Positions 25,609 through 39,242 of a DNA stretch of 64,000 nucleotides are shown here, one piece after another; the first letter of the stretch is position 1; every line of letters begins with the position of its first letter. Both the position numbers and the translations under genes were made by a program. Location of the stretch: the NCBI GenBank assembly GCA_032718475.1, contig JAUCBJ010008282.1, forward strand, positions 1 through 64,000, written 5' to 3'. This stretch comes from Nemertoderma westbladi. Taxonomy: Eukaryota > Animalia > Xenacoelomorpha. The notes beneath the pieces were generated by a model that saw only the letters and a program-made list of their open reading frames with translations, made no database searches and had not been told where the DNA came from.

Positions 25609-28600
25609 TTACGTTATGGAGTCCCTAGATGTTTGAAGGATTAGGGAGGTGGTCGTGGGAAGAGAATCTTGCCTTCCACAGTTTCCGGAGAGTCCTCCAT
25701 TCCCTTCCGGTAAACACAAACGACCAGCTGGGCGATTGAGTCGCTGCATCCCGAATACAATTCCAGGTTTCCTCTTCGTCCTGGAATAGTGACGATAGAA
25801 ACATCGCTCTAAGTACACGATGGCCTTACAAAGCCGATTCCAGGAGCTATAGTGGTCCGTCGCTCCCTGCAGGAGAGGTGAGAGTCCCTGCGAGACGTCT
25901 GATGTTCCAGAGCTCCAATCGCTCTCTCTGATCTTCATGAAGGATCCACTCGCGGTGGGGAGGTCCAGATCCACGGCGTCGTCCCTGGCAATATGTAATA
26001 CCGACAGATCTATCCCGGGTTCAAATAACTCCGCTCCACCCGTCCGGGTTTTAGGTTTAACTTTCACCGCTCCCTTGGCTGGTCTAATCTCAGTCGGAGT
26101 AAGATGGGGAGGCCATTCATCCTCCTTACTCAGGAAGTCGGGTTCACCTAACCGGTCTGTAGTATCTGTCAGTTCTTGAGGAGTTGCTCCTCTGGAAGCG
26201 ATGTCAGTTGGATTAAACTTCTTGAGGCAATATCTCCATTGATCTACATTGGAGCTAAGATTGTCATTATCTGAGGAGTGTGGTGTTCCCTCAGTTGGGT
26301 CGTCTCCCTCACTAGTATCATCTTCCCATTCACTCACCTGGCGGACGCGATCTTGAAGCAGTCTTTCTCTGAGCGTTCTTCGGGAAGGTCCAGTAAGGTA
26401 CCAACCTACTCTAGTTCTTACCGCATAGGTCTGAAGTGGTTGCGGTTGAGCAGGTCGTTTCTCCAATGTCTCCAGCGCCTCATGCGCGTTTTGACCGATT
26501 AATATTTGTACTCCAGGATAATCGGTGTCGAATCTAGGGATGTTAAGTCGTTGGGCATGATCATCTTCGTCCCAATTATAAGGTTCCACTTGGGTGGTAG
26601 CGAAGTTCTTTATTGCCACCATTTTGACTGACCTTATACTGTGTTCTCCTAGTTTATCCTGTGGAGTGGACAACTCACCTATATAATAGTCGGCAGCTAC
26701 AGTAGAATTCCAAACCTGCATGATCCCTGACATGTTTAGCTTGGTTCGGAACTTGGGTTGTCCAGCAAAGATGACTTCGGCTAGTTCTTTATCGATGAAT
26801 GTTCCTGTGCTACCGGAGTCCAGGAGGGCGTTCACTATATAGCTCTTCTGAGGTCCGTGGACCCGTAACTGGACTACAGGAAATTCTCGGATTCCTATAT
26901 TGGAAGTTGGCGCTTTCCAAGATGGTTGTTGATCAGAAGTAGTTAAGGTAAGGTCGTTGTCTGTGTCTTTCTCATGCACGAGTGCTCGATACACTGCGGT
27001 GGTGTTTATTAGGTAACAGGATTCGTTTTGGTCGGAGAACTCGTCCGTATAGAATCCTTCCATCTCAGATTGATCAGTGTCGTTCACATCACTGAATTGG
27101 ACATGTAGTTCGGACTCACTTACCTGACTCGGGCTGTTTCGTTCGAATTCCGTGTGCAACAAGATATGATGTTTTGCGCCGCACTTTGCACACCTTGCGT
27201 CGGAGTAACAGGTTCGCCGTTGGTGTCCTCGTCTGAGGCAATTATAACACAACCGCTTATCCCACATGACTTCACGTCTATCCTTTAGTGATTTCCTCAG
27301 GAATTTATCACACGCATTTAAACGGTGGGGCCCGTCGCACAGCACACATTTCGGCTTGATGTTACTTACTTTAACCTGTGCTATGTGGTGCACACTTGTT
27401 CTTTCCTCGGGCTTTCTCACCTGAATTCTTTTAGGAGACGTAGGAGGGGTTTTTTGTACCGGTTCCCTTCTGTCATTGGGTCGAGACTTGGATTTACTTA
27501 CCTGGTCTTTAGGCGTTTTATTGACATAATAAGATCTTTCAGTGTCTTTCCCGCTGTCCTCTCCTTGAGAGGTTTGGCTTTCGCCGTCGTCTGTATAACA
27601 CATTGGTGTTACCCTTCTCCTAGAAACGGGTTTCTCACTTACCTTGTTTTCCAATGTCTTCTCTCTGGACTGCCTTAGGAGCTGTAATTTCACTTCTCTA
27701 TCTAAGAATGACATGAGATCAGTCATGGTAGGGTCTCGTCGTTGTTGTTCCATCATATATAACACTTTCTTATCCCAGCGTGTACCTACTCCACCCTTCG
27801 GTAAAGTAGAAGCCACTGCTCTAATAACCATAGCACTCTGATACTCATGAGACTTACCTAGCCAATCTAATTGTCTGCAGATCTCCTGAATTTCATCGGA
27901 AAACTCTATAATCTCGTTGCTAATAAACTTTCGGGGCGCTACCAACTTTGCATACAAATACCCAGCTATGTTATTCCTATTACCATAACTGATGTTTAGT
28001 GTATCCCAAACTTGTCTTAATCCGTCTGGATGTCCAATAAACTTTAACGCCATTAACTTGGGAGATCCTTCCAAGCACTCGATGAGGAATCTAAGTTTCT
28101 CTCCATTAGATAGTACAGAGTTCTGTATGTTATCTTTGTAATATTCATTAAAAGGTAACCATTTCATCTCATCTCCATTGAACTTGACGATCTCTCCCAC
28201 CTTCACCGCTTGCCGGGCTTCGGTTCTAGCCATTTGACGCGTAAAACTTTCTTGAGCCATCGTATTATTGAATAGAGAATTATCGGTATATAAGTTTCTC
28301 GGATTATTATCAAGTCTAGATGAGATATCATTATCAACAGGTTTATAATTACCCTTAATAGGGTTTACTATAGGAGTTTCTACTTTGCTAGCAGTATAGA
28401 TGCGTGTAGGCTCCACACCTTGCGCATGGGATACTTCAGACCTAACGGGTTGACACATTGTTACAGGGGGTGGTGATATACCCTTTTGTAAATTTACTAA
28501 TTTATCGCGTTCTAGCGCGATACTTTGCTGCACTTCTTGCAACTCTAGCCTACTTTCCCTTACTGTGCCCTTGAATTGTTGAACCGTCTCCTGCATCTGC

Positions 28601-30716
28601 CCGAGCAGGAGATCCATCCCCCGCCGTCTCTCGTCCACCCATTCGACCGCCGAAGCGGGAGTCGCCAACGTTGTAGCGGGCGGAAGAGGGACAACGGGCG
28701 ACAAATTAGGAATATTTCGCTTGGGGTCCAGGACCCGAACTGTCTCCTGGGCAGTTCTACTGGGCACAGGTAGCTTAGTGCTATGCAGAGGGAATTTAGA
28801 GGTAGCTTCAGGGAGCACAGGTGTGTCTATCACCGAAGGGGTGATTTCAAAAACAGGCCTAATTATTTCAGGCTCATCTACTATAGTAGGGAGTCTTTCT
28901 ATTTTAATTATTTGGTCTGTGGGTTCTGTACTGCCTAAGTTGGTGTTATTTAGTTGCCTTCTAACAGCTGGAGGCAAATCAGGCAATTTCTGACGGTGGA
29001 ATGTTCTTTTACGTCTGCTTAGACGAGATCTATTTCCTTTGCCTTCAGTATCGGTGGTATCGCCTTCTTCAGATGATGTATATCCCTGTCTTTTGGGAGT
29101 AGATCGATTCATCATCTGCATATTACTAGCTGTTAACTGTTTACTGAAGTCGTCTTGCTTCTCTTGAAGATTTTCCAACTCCAGTTGGGTGATCTCTTCA
29201 GCCGCTCTCCGTTCTGCTTCCGCCACCGCTGCCGCTTTTGCCTCTGCCGCTGCCGCTGCCGCTTTTGCCTTTGCCTCGGCTTCTGCTGCTGCCGCCTTTG
29301 CCTCTGCCGCTGCCGCTTTTGCCTTTGCCTCGGCTTCTGCTGCTGCCGCTTTTGCCTCTGCCGCTGCTTCTGCCAAGGTCGCTTTTCTTTCTGCCTCTGC
29401 CACTGCTGCTATCTTTCTGTCTTCTATACGTTTTTTCCTTACTTGTTCTTCTTGTTCTCTAGCGATGCGGAGTTGTTCATCGAATTTAGCTTGGTTCGCC
29501 GCTAACCTATCTACATCTATTGCATCCAACACACGCTGGGCTCCTTCACTATTAGGGCTAAGTCCATCTAGCCTTCTCCTCAACTCTTCATCTCCCAAAA
29601 AACGCTGATAGTCTGACAGATAGATGTCAATGGCATCCTTCTTATGCGGTTTCTCTGCCGTCGCTTCACTTTCCACTTGGGAAAAAGTAGCGTCCGTTGA
29701 TTCTCCATGGGTTGAGCGCTCCTCCAGCTGAGCTTTCCACTGAGCTGCTCCTTGAACCTGGTGACTCACCCGTTGAAACCAAGTCTTTACGGCAACTTGC
29801 AACGCCGTGTCTTGTCTTCTTTTAGAAGCCTCCTCAAAGGCTGATAAGATTAGCCTAATTCGCAGAATTCTTTCTCTAACTTGATAAAGCAGTTGTCCCT
29901 GCTCTTGAGGTCCTTGAGGTTGTTTAAACAGTTGTTTTTCTACTCGCTCCATAGAGCTGAAGAATCCTTGTGCGTATCCGGCTGCGGACCTCTTCCATAC
30001 CGCTGGACTTGATAAAGCAGTTGTCCCTGCTCTTGAGGTCCTTGAGGTTGTTTAAACAGTTGTTTTTCTACTCGCTCCATAGAGCTGAAGAATCCTTGTG
30101 CGTATCCGGCTGCGGACCTCTTCCATACCGCTGGATCGATGGTTTCCTTGGCTACTCCCATCCGGTGTATGTCTTCCCAGGCAGCTTCTGATAAATCAAA
30201 CGGGAGTCCGGGTCCGGGGAAGTTCCATTGCGACTCGACAATAGACTTCAGTTCTTCCCTCGTGTATCCCGCATAACTATCTCTAGTTGATCGCTGACTT
30301 CTCGCCCAATCGATCTGGTGTTCTTCCACCGCAATCAATAACCTAGTGAGTACGGCTGCAGGAAGGATGAGAAGGGGATCCGTATAAACCGCATCCGTCA
30401 TCTTTGCTCCGCGCTCGGGTGTCAGTTCTACAGTATCTTCACTACTGGAGCTGTCGGGCCGCTGAGAAATAAATTCTTGGCTCGCGGGTTGTTGCTGTTC
30501 CGCTGCTTCTTGGTCCCGCTTGACCTGAGCTCGAGTGCCTATGATAGACCTACGATGTTGGACCAGCCTAGGTTCTGTTATTACTACAAGAGGGATGACC
30601 TTCCTCACAGTGGGAGGGGAACCGAACTTACGACTAGACGGTTCTACGCCTCTATCTGAGTCGCAGATAGTTACATCTAATAAACTGTCTGACAGGTTCT
30701 GCTTAGTATCAGACAT
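25609..30716 (-). pseudogene. gag: Bel/Pao B gag-protease; 128-bp tandem duplication shifts the frame near 29880-30135; in-frame loss of RT and RNase H
   Basis: KFNGDEMKW, three Cys/His knuckles, ALLDSGS, RTRVGWYLTGP, followed after about 50 aa by WRYC..NPTDIASRG (post-RNase H) and YSSWNRL. Confidence 0.9.
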
Positions 30717-32039
30717 GTTTATGTGTACAGTTGAATGTCTACTGCTGTATTACAGTCTGAGCAAGTCTAGTAACTCAGTATTAACTGCTAGCCTAGTAAT
30801 TAATTACCTATACTGCTACTCAGTGTATCGTGATATATATAATATATTAGAATACCGGTATGCTTATAGTATATATAACTATATAAGTATTATTACAGAC
30901 TAGGTTTATCACAGAATACCGGTATAATTTTAGCATAAATATATATAAATATATAATAGGCCTATCGTGGATACCGGTATGCAGTTTACACTTATAGTGT
31001 ATATATAAGTATAATTATTAACTGGAATTAATTACAGAATACCGGTATGATTTCAGCACAAATATAAATATTATAATAGGCCTATCGTAAATACCGGTAT
31101 ATCAATTATTTTAGAATAATTGAATTTCTGAACTTTAGGGTTACTTGGTTACTTTAACTTACTTTATTACCGTTATTTAAGCAGTAGTCCAACTGATATT
31201 GAGACCTAATTGTTGTATGGCAGGCCTACTATTTATAAATCGTTTGAGTTGATTTATAATATATATATACCCGTTTTAATGGGTTTTGTCAATGTTTGAA
31301 ATAAATGTTATTATTTCTGGGGAGCAATCACTACACAAAGCGGTGCGCTTTCAGTGAAGTGCTACTTATAGGACACTAAAACAAATAATTCTAATTTACC
31401 TAAGTTACTTAATACTACAAATTACGTACAATTCGGGTGAGATTACAATCTCTAAATAAACACAAAATTTTACAAAAACACAAAATACGAATTTTCAGGG
31501 TAATTTTACAAGAAGTCTACAAACCAGCCTAACAAAGGGTTAGAAATCTGGTTATTACAACGGACAGGTTACTACGGTATTTGAAAATAATAAGTAGTAG
31601 TAAATACACTGCGCTGTCCAGATAGGAAAATACCACCGCCTGACGACCTATAGCCGTATCGCTATAGGTACTACGTTATGTATCACGGAGTGTTCCTACC
31701 TAGAAGTTAATAGAGCTAACGTATGTGCCTATCAACCACTTTACAACACAAATATAATGCCTACAATAATTACTTTCGGAAAGTACTGTACACTAAACCC
31801 TAAATTAGGTACAAGTACTTGTATAACAAATAATCAGTAGTTAAAAATACTTGAACAGCTAAAAGAACCACGGTATCTGCTGGAGTGACCGGTGCACAAA
31901 ATCACCAGTCTTTACCTACGCCGAGCAGCCCGTATAGTACCGGGGTTAGTTTAACTATAACGGTATGTATAACAAACACAATTACTGTAGGAATAATCTT
32001 GGGGATATGAATGTTGCGAATAATCGCATAAACTCTGAA

Positions 32040-32620
32040 TAATAAATATTACGCTACGCGTACAGACCATTCAAACAAAATGCAGACCAAATACTGACAG
32101 ACTACTATCAAGCCTAAACAAACTACGGTATATGTAGACTCCGAAATGATTAGGTAGTATGCGTTCTAACCCAGTAGTACGACTTATTCTTTAATTGGGG
32201 GTTTACCTTACAGCTTTTGCTGCCCCTACTTCCTAACCGTTCTTTATCGGACAGATGCTTTACACACACCGAAATTTCCTCAAACCCAACAGCAGCCAGA
32301 CAACTATCCAGCCTACAAATTATCTAAATAAATTATACGCTACCTGTACAGACTACACAAACTAAGTACAGACTAAACGATGGCAGACTATTCTCAAGCC
32401 TAAATAAACTACAGGACATGCAGACTCCGAAATGATTAGGTAGTATGCGTTCTAACCCAGTAGTACGACTTATTCTTTAATTGGGGGTTTACCTTACAGC
32501 TTTTGCTGCCCCTACTTCCTAACCGTTCTTTATCGGACAGATGATCTACACACACTGCAATCCGTTCAGACTTAACAACAATCAGACAACAGTCAAGCCT
32601 ACAAATTATCTGTACAATCT
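32040..32620. repeat. Tandem duplication (about 286 bp) in the long 5' leader of Bel/Pao B
   Basis: GACTCCGAAATGATTAGG.. at 32137 and 32423. Confidence 0.88.
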
Positions 32621-32889
32621 GAGCGGGCTTACACGCCTTCTGCTCAATACTGGCCTACAAATAAATAAAACTGACAGAAATAGGCCTAAGTAAAATCCCA
32701 ATAAAAACCAGGCGTCCCCGATTAATTATTAAGACCTACCGGCTTATAATTATCAAAATCGAATAATACTGCTGTACCTGTACTGCTGTAGGTACCGGTC
32801 CGGGTGGTTAGGTAGTCAGGCCTACTGGGTACCGGTTGCCGGTACTTCAGCTTTATTGCCTACTGCAATACAGAAGCAATATCCGTTAT

Positions 32890-34079
32890 TGTTCGCGCTT
32901 TCAGACCTTTGGCAGTTTAACCCGCCAAATTAGGATGTCTTCTAGATAATAAATCGCTTTAGCCTCTAACAAGTATTTGATTCACTACACTAGTTGAAAC
33001 CAATCTGTGCGCGATCATTCACCCGTTGGATATACCCGGGAGATTGACTTCGACGGCTTAATCGTATTGCTATGTAAGCCTAATGTATTATTCGACTGAC
33101 AGTATTATATAATCTCTGACAATATTTATTCACCTTCGGGGAATATTAACAGTTCCTTTAGGACGTGGCGCTCTATCTATATAAACAGAGTTATGACTTA
33201 AACTACTCACAACGATATGGCTTAGTTACAATTCACATATATGGCGCATTCTTTAGGAAATGCTTCGTTATCAGTCTCACTCATACACAATGCTGCACAA
33301 TACTGCACACTAATCTGCCGATCTTCACTGATTTTAGTCACATATAAAAGGAACACAGACCGACTCATGTAGGGTCTATCAAATAACATTAGATTCACTT
33401 CAAACCACTTTAACATAAGTCGCAATCGTTATATGTAACCTTTCTCTCTTACCTTCGGTATATCAAGAATATTGGGTTTCGGGTTATTTCTCGTTATTCC
33501 AAATATAATAATTCATCAACAAATATAATGAATAACCGACAGCAAAGCAGTAATGTTAAGTTAAGTTGCACAGTATGGGCCAGTTAACCAGTGTTAACCA
33601 GTGCAGATAACATTGAGTTACCCAGATAACGGATATATGTCCTTATAATTAAGCCTACTAGTGTAAGGCTAAAGCAGAAAAGCACAAAATACTCCAAAGC
33701 CGTTCTTCCTTGGCTCAGGACTGAATGATAACACTGCCCATAATGCATTACGTGATTTCTCGGAAATTTCTGTACAAGAGCCATAAAAATGCTCTGATTG
33801 GCTGACTGAACTAAGAGAGAACAAAGAAACAAAGAAATGTTCTACGTGGCAATATCAGCTGTTAGCCGTCGTCATGGTAGCGACACTGTTTTCAAGAGTA
33901 TCCAGCTATTGCGTCACGAAATTACGGATTATGTCCTTTAAAGTACACATACAGAAGAAATGGCTTTTATGTCCTCTAAAACACCAGTACAGTAAGGACA
34001 CGGCCCTTCCATGCCCGGCAAACCAACTACAGAGTACTTTACGGGAAAATAACCGGCTAATTACGCAAAAGCTTTTACA
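32890..34079 (-). repeat. 5' LTR of Bel/Pao B
   Basis: Matches 16697-17886. Confidence 0.97.
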
Positions 34080-35697
34080 GACTTTTCCTAAAAATCTATT
34101 GTCTTCCTAGTAGTGAAAACCGTTTTCAAAAATATTGGGTAGTTTTCGAGTTATAGCACCATTTTTTAACCCTACTTTTGGCACTTTTTTTGAGACGTTT
34201 TTTGAAAATTACATTTCATTAAATATGAATAGTAACATCTCTATTTTTGATTTACACCGGTTTTTTGGTGTTAGCAATTGGATGGAATTCATATAAATTG
34301 ATTTAGAAATTTCAAACTTGTTTTTTCGGCGGGTGCCAATTTTTGGTGCCAGCACCAAATTTTGAAATATGTCAATTTTGTAAATTGATTGTGTGAAACT
34401 AGTTTTTTTACGCATTTGGGGTTTTTTGGGGTTCTGGTTTCGATGATATATTATACGAGTTGCACCAAGCGTATCAAACTTGTATTTTTCGGTGGTGGGT
34501 GCAAATTTTGGTGCTAGCACAAAATTTTGAAAATCCATTCAATTGATAAAATTGTTTGTGACAATTTATTTCTTGCGTTTTAGAGGTTTATGGCTATTCT
34601 GAGTTGAATGGGATATATAATTTTCGAACTAGGCATCTCAAATTTGTATTTTTCGGAAGTGGGTGCAAAATGTGGTGCTACCACCAAATTTTGAAAACCA
34701 TCAAATATATAAATTGATTGTGTCACCTTGTTTCCTGCGTTATATGGGTTTGTTAGGGTTCTGAATTCAATGGAATCAGTAAAAATTTAATAAGAGTTTT
34801 CAAACTTGTATTTTTCGCCGGTGGGTGAAAATTGTTGTGCCAGCACCAAATTTTGGAAAATAAGCAAATTGATCAGTAGATAGTATCATCTTGTTTCTTG
34901 CGTTATACGGGTTTATGAGGGTTCTGAATCCGATGGATTCAATAAAAACAGCACTGGACATCGCAATCTTGTACTTTTTGGTGATGGGTACGAAATTTGG
35001 TCCTAGCACCGAAATTTGCCAAATTACGCCGAAAAATACAAGTAACAATGATGGGGCATTTTAGAAATGTATTCCATTAGAATCAGCGCCCTAGAAGAAC
35101 TGAAAATGTGAATTTATAGCATCGTATAAGTGAATTAAAAATTTTGTGTTCTAACTGAAAAGTGCTGGTTACTTGTTTTTTTCATTTTTTTCCTAGGCAG
35201 AGAGGACTAAACAGCCATTTATAGTAATCATATCATTTTTAAATATTTTCCAATGTATTTTGCGCCCCAGAAAACCTGTATTGAAAAACAATTAGACGAA
35301 AAATGTAACTTTCAAATTTTCTGAAAATTGTGCACTACTTGTAATTTTGGTGCTGCAATATAACCACCCCAGTAAATTTTTTCGAAATTTTTTTTTTCGG
35401 TCGGATCCTGACTAGTGATACCTAAGTACAAACAAAAAATCAGACGTTTTCGTATAAATTTGTAGATTTTAGAGGGGGGGCTCAATATGACCCCCCCCCC
35501 CCGGTATTTGTACAACATTTTATAGCCCGGTATTAATAGGGTTAACATAATTATTGACAAGTTGTTCGGTAACAGAACATTACGTACTGGTACTTAGAAA
35601 GAAAATAACATCAATCAACATAAATTCAATACCGGATATCTTATAGAGTTATAAATTTGCTTCTTTTGCTATTTTAAAAATAAATTTGGCATTTGAT

Positions 35698-36504
<807 letters not shown>

Positions 36505-39242
36505 TAGTTCTTAAAAAGTTATTAAAAATTAAGACATTTGCGATGTTAGTTATTCTGTTTTGATAGTATATAGAGTGTATCTAGTGTATGCAAGTCTTTC
36601 TGTCATCAAACACATTAAACCACATTAAAAACCTAATTAAAACGTATCACGTTAAACCACATTTAAAAAATGAGAGTTAACAACTTAACTATTTAACAAA
36701 ATGACGTTTGGATAACTCTGGGGGGTATAATACAGTCATTATCAGTGGAATCTAACTAAAAATAATTCCAGGCTATAATTTGTACGTCAGAATCTCATAA
36801 TTTCTAAAACAGATGTAATTTGATATGTAAATGCAGGCAAGGTGCCATTTTTAGAAACACGTAAAAATTGATACAATAACATTTTAAATGAATATATCTG
36901 GAAATCATTTCTAATAATAAACCATGTTTTCAATCTATTTTATTATGTTTTGTGTCTTTGATCCATGCATGCTTGAATAAATTCAACAATTTATTTTCAG
37001 TATGTATCTAGATATGTAAAAGATGGTTCTGGGCCATTTTCGTGTATTTTTAAAAAATCGCATTTCTTGACTCGATTATTCGACTAGAATAAATAAAAAT
37101 ACTCGTAAGTTATCGATTTTACCTTTACCGAACCGATATAGGCTGAAATCCAATCTTAAAAATTGTTTATAAAATTTAAAACATAGAACTTCCAAATTTT
37201 GAATTTGTTCATAACTTTAGCTACTTTATCGGGTAACATACTATGTACTTAGTATTACCTTTGCAACCCAAAAACATCTATATATGAATCTATATATGTC
37301 TTTAAAAATAGAAATAATAAAAATAAATTGCAGAATGTTTTTGAATGAAGATTCTAAACAACGTTCCACTTTACAGTTTTTTCAAAAAATCAGTTTAAAT
37401 TTTTCGTGTGCAAAAGTGGCATCTTGTCAAATTCTATATTTAATTGTACATGTTGCCCTAGGGCCACAACTCTATCATTAAGTCTATGGAAAACTCGAAT
37501 GTAAAATGTATATATATATCAATAATACGGAATTTTATAAAATTTGATTGACTGTGTAAGATGAAAAAAAATTTTTTAAGTAAACTTTATTTTTACTTTA
37601 TTAAGACGTATAACAAATTTAAAGCATTAGGACCTAGTAGAAATGATTGAAAAACCGTTCCGAAACTAACATATACGTGGGTGGCACCACGTCAACAATT
37701 TCTATGTATTTATATATATACAGTATATAAGCTCATTGTTTATACAATGAAGGATTAGCGTAGATCAGCAGTTGTAAGATATGGACCAGACCACAATCTT
37801 CATAAAAAATCCCATATTTTCAAACATTTTATCTATAATCTACGTATTTATTTACTTTTTTATTAATATAATTCCTCAACTAGTGGTCAGCAACATTGTA
37901 TCAATAATCATTGTGTCTTACCTACAACTGTACTGAGTAGTTGTAGGTAATAAGACACAATGTGTACTCTCTCTATATAATTGTTTATTTATCTTACCAA
38001 TCAAACCAACCGAACCAACCATATATTAGTAGAACATCAGTAGGTATAATCTTTCACATTATTCAGGCATGGATGCACACACCTCCTACACTACATTATA
38101 ATATAAAATAACATCAACATTAGTTCATGATTGTTCTTAGTCTTGGGTATAGATATACAGTATGCTTCAGTAAGGCATATTTTTCATTCATTCATTCTTA
38201 AGTGGTTCTTAAGTTAAATATAAAATAAGAACATCGATCAGATTATAAATTTATAAAACATCATAAACTATTTAATTTGATTTCTTACTTAATCTTACAC
38301 ACTGCAGATAATGGTGCGCCATTATCTGATATACCTTAATGTATACATGTACAGTATATAGACTAATGTTGTTAGTGGACTGAAATGTTTATTTCGTTCC
38401 TGAAAAATGCCACATCATTCTAAGTTAGGGTTAATTTTCTGAACATGCAACATTTTCTTGAAAAAAACTTGGTCGAAGTATAAAGTTTTAGAAAGTCATC
38501 CAAGATACGCAAATTAGCTATTTCGAGCAGTTAAGGAATATAATTCGAAACATGTATAAACTATTTTTGGTTTTTAATGGGAGTATACTGTATATCAAAA
38601 TAATTACATATATTTAGTATTAATTTGATAAATAAATAGTTGTATTATTAAAAATTACCAATGAAACTTTCTATTTTTTTATATTATAATCATCAAGACA
38701 TGCTTGGAGCCAAAAAACTTGTTTTCATGAATGGGATAGAGTAACAAACATCCTTTGTTAAAGGTAATAATATTTAGTATTAAATAAATAATTAAATATA
38801 ATTTATATTAAAAGCCACCCATGAAACTTTCTAATTTTTTATATTTTATTCACCGAGAGATGATTAGAGCAAAAAAACTTGTTTTCAGGAATGGGGTAAC
38901 ATCCTTTGTTAAAGGTAATAATGTATAGTATTAAATAAATAATTAAATAGCATTTATATTAAAAGCCACCCATGAAATTTTAATTTTTTTTATTTTTTGT
39001 ACAATGTGACACCAATGGAGCAAAATAAACCTGTCAATTTGTTTGGGGGAGTAAGTGATGAAATTTAGTAATATGATTAATATTAAATAATTACTTAAAT
39101 AGTATTAATTTAAAAAGCCACCCATGAAATATTTTAATTATTGTAAATTTTTACATCAGGGGACCAACTAAGCTCAAAAAACTAATTTTCATGAACGGGG
39201 TCCAACCTTTGCCAAAAACCAAGTTAAGCCCCACTGTGCTAT

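Larger units (their letters stand above)
16697..34079 (-). mobile_element. Bel/Pao LTR retrotransposon B, non-autonomous (no RT, RNase H core or integrase)
   Basis: About 1190-bp TG..CA LTRs, TSD GACTT (16692-16696, 34080-34084), PPT-like GGGAGCGG next to 17886. Confidence 0.95.
16592..35541. mobile_element. Second piggyBac-like non-autonomous element (about 1.56 kb net), split by Bel/Pao B
   Basis: TTAA at 16588-16591 and 35542-35545; TIR CCCTATTAA..CCGGG; poly-G/TCAATATGA subterminal repeats; internal repeats with TTTTGGTGC.AGCAC.AAATTTTG at about 34320-35020. Confidence 0.85.

Noticed and set aside
29189-29608. TolA-like or antifreeze-like Ala-rich protein and its antisense ORFs
   Set aside because: Low-complexity AEAKA repeat within Gag; the overlapping ORFs are shadows
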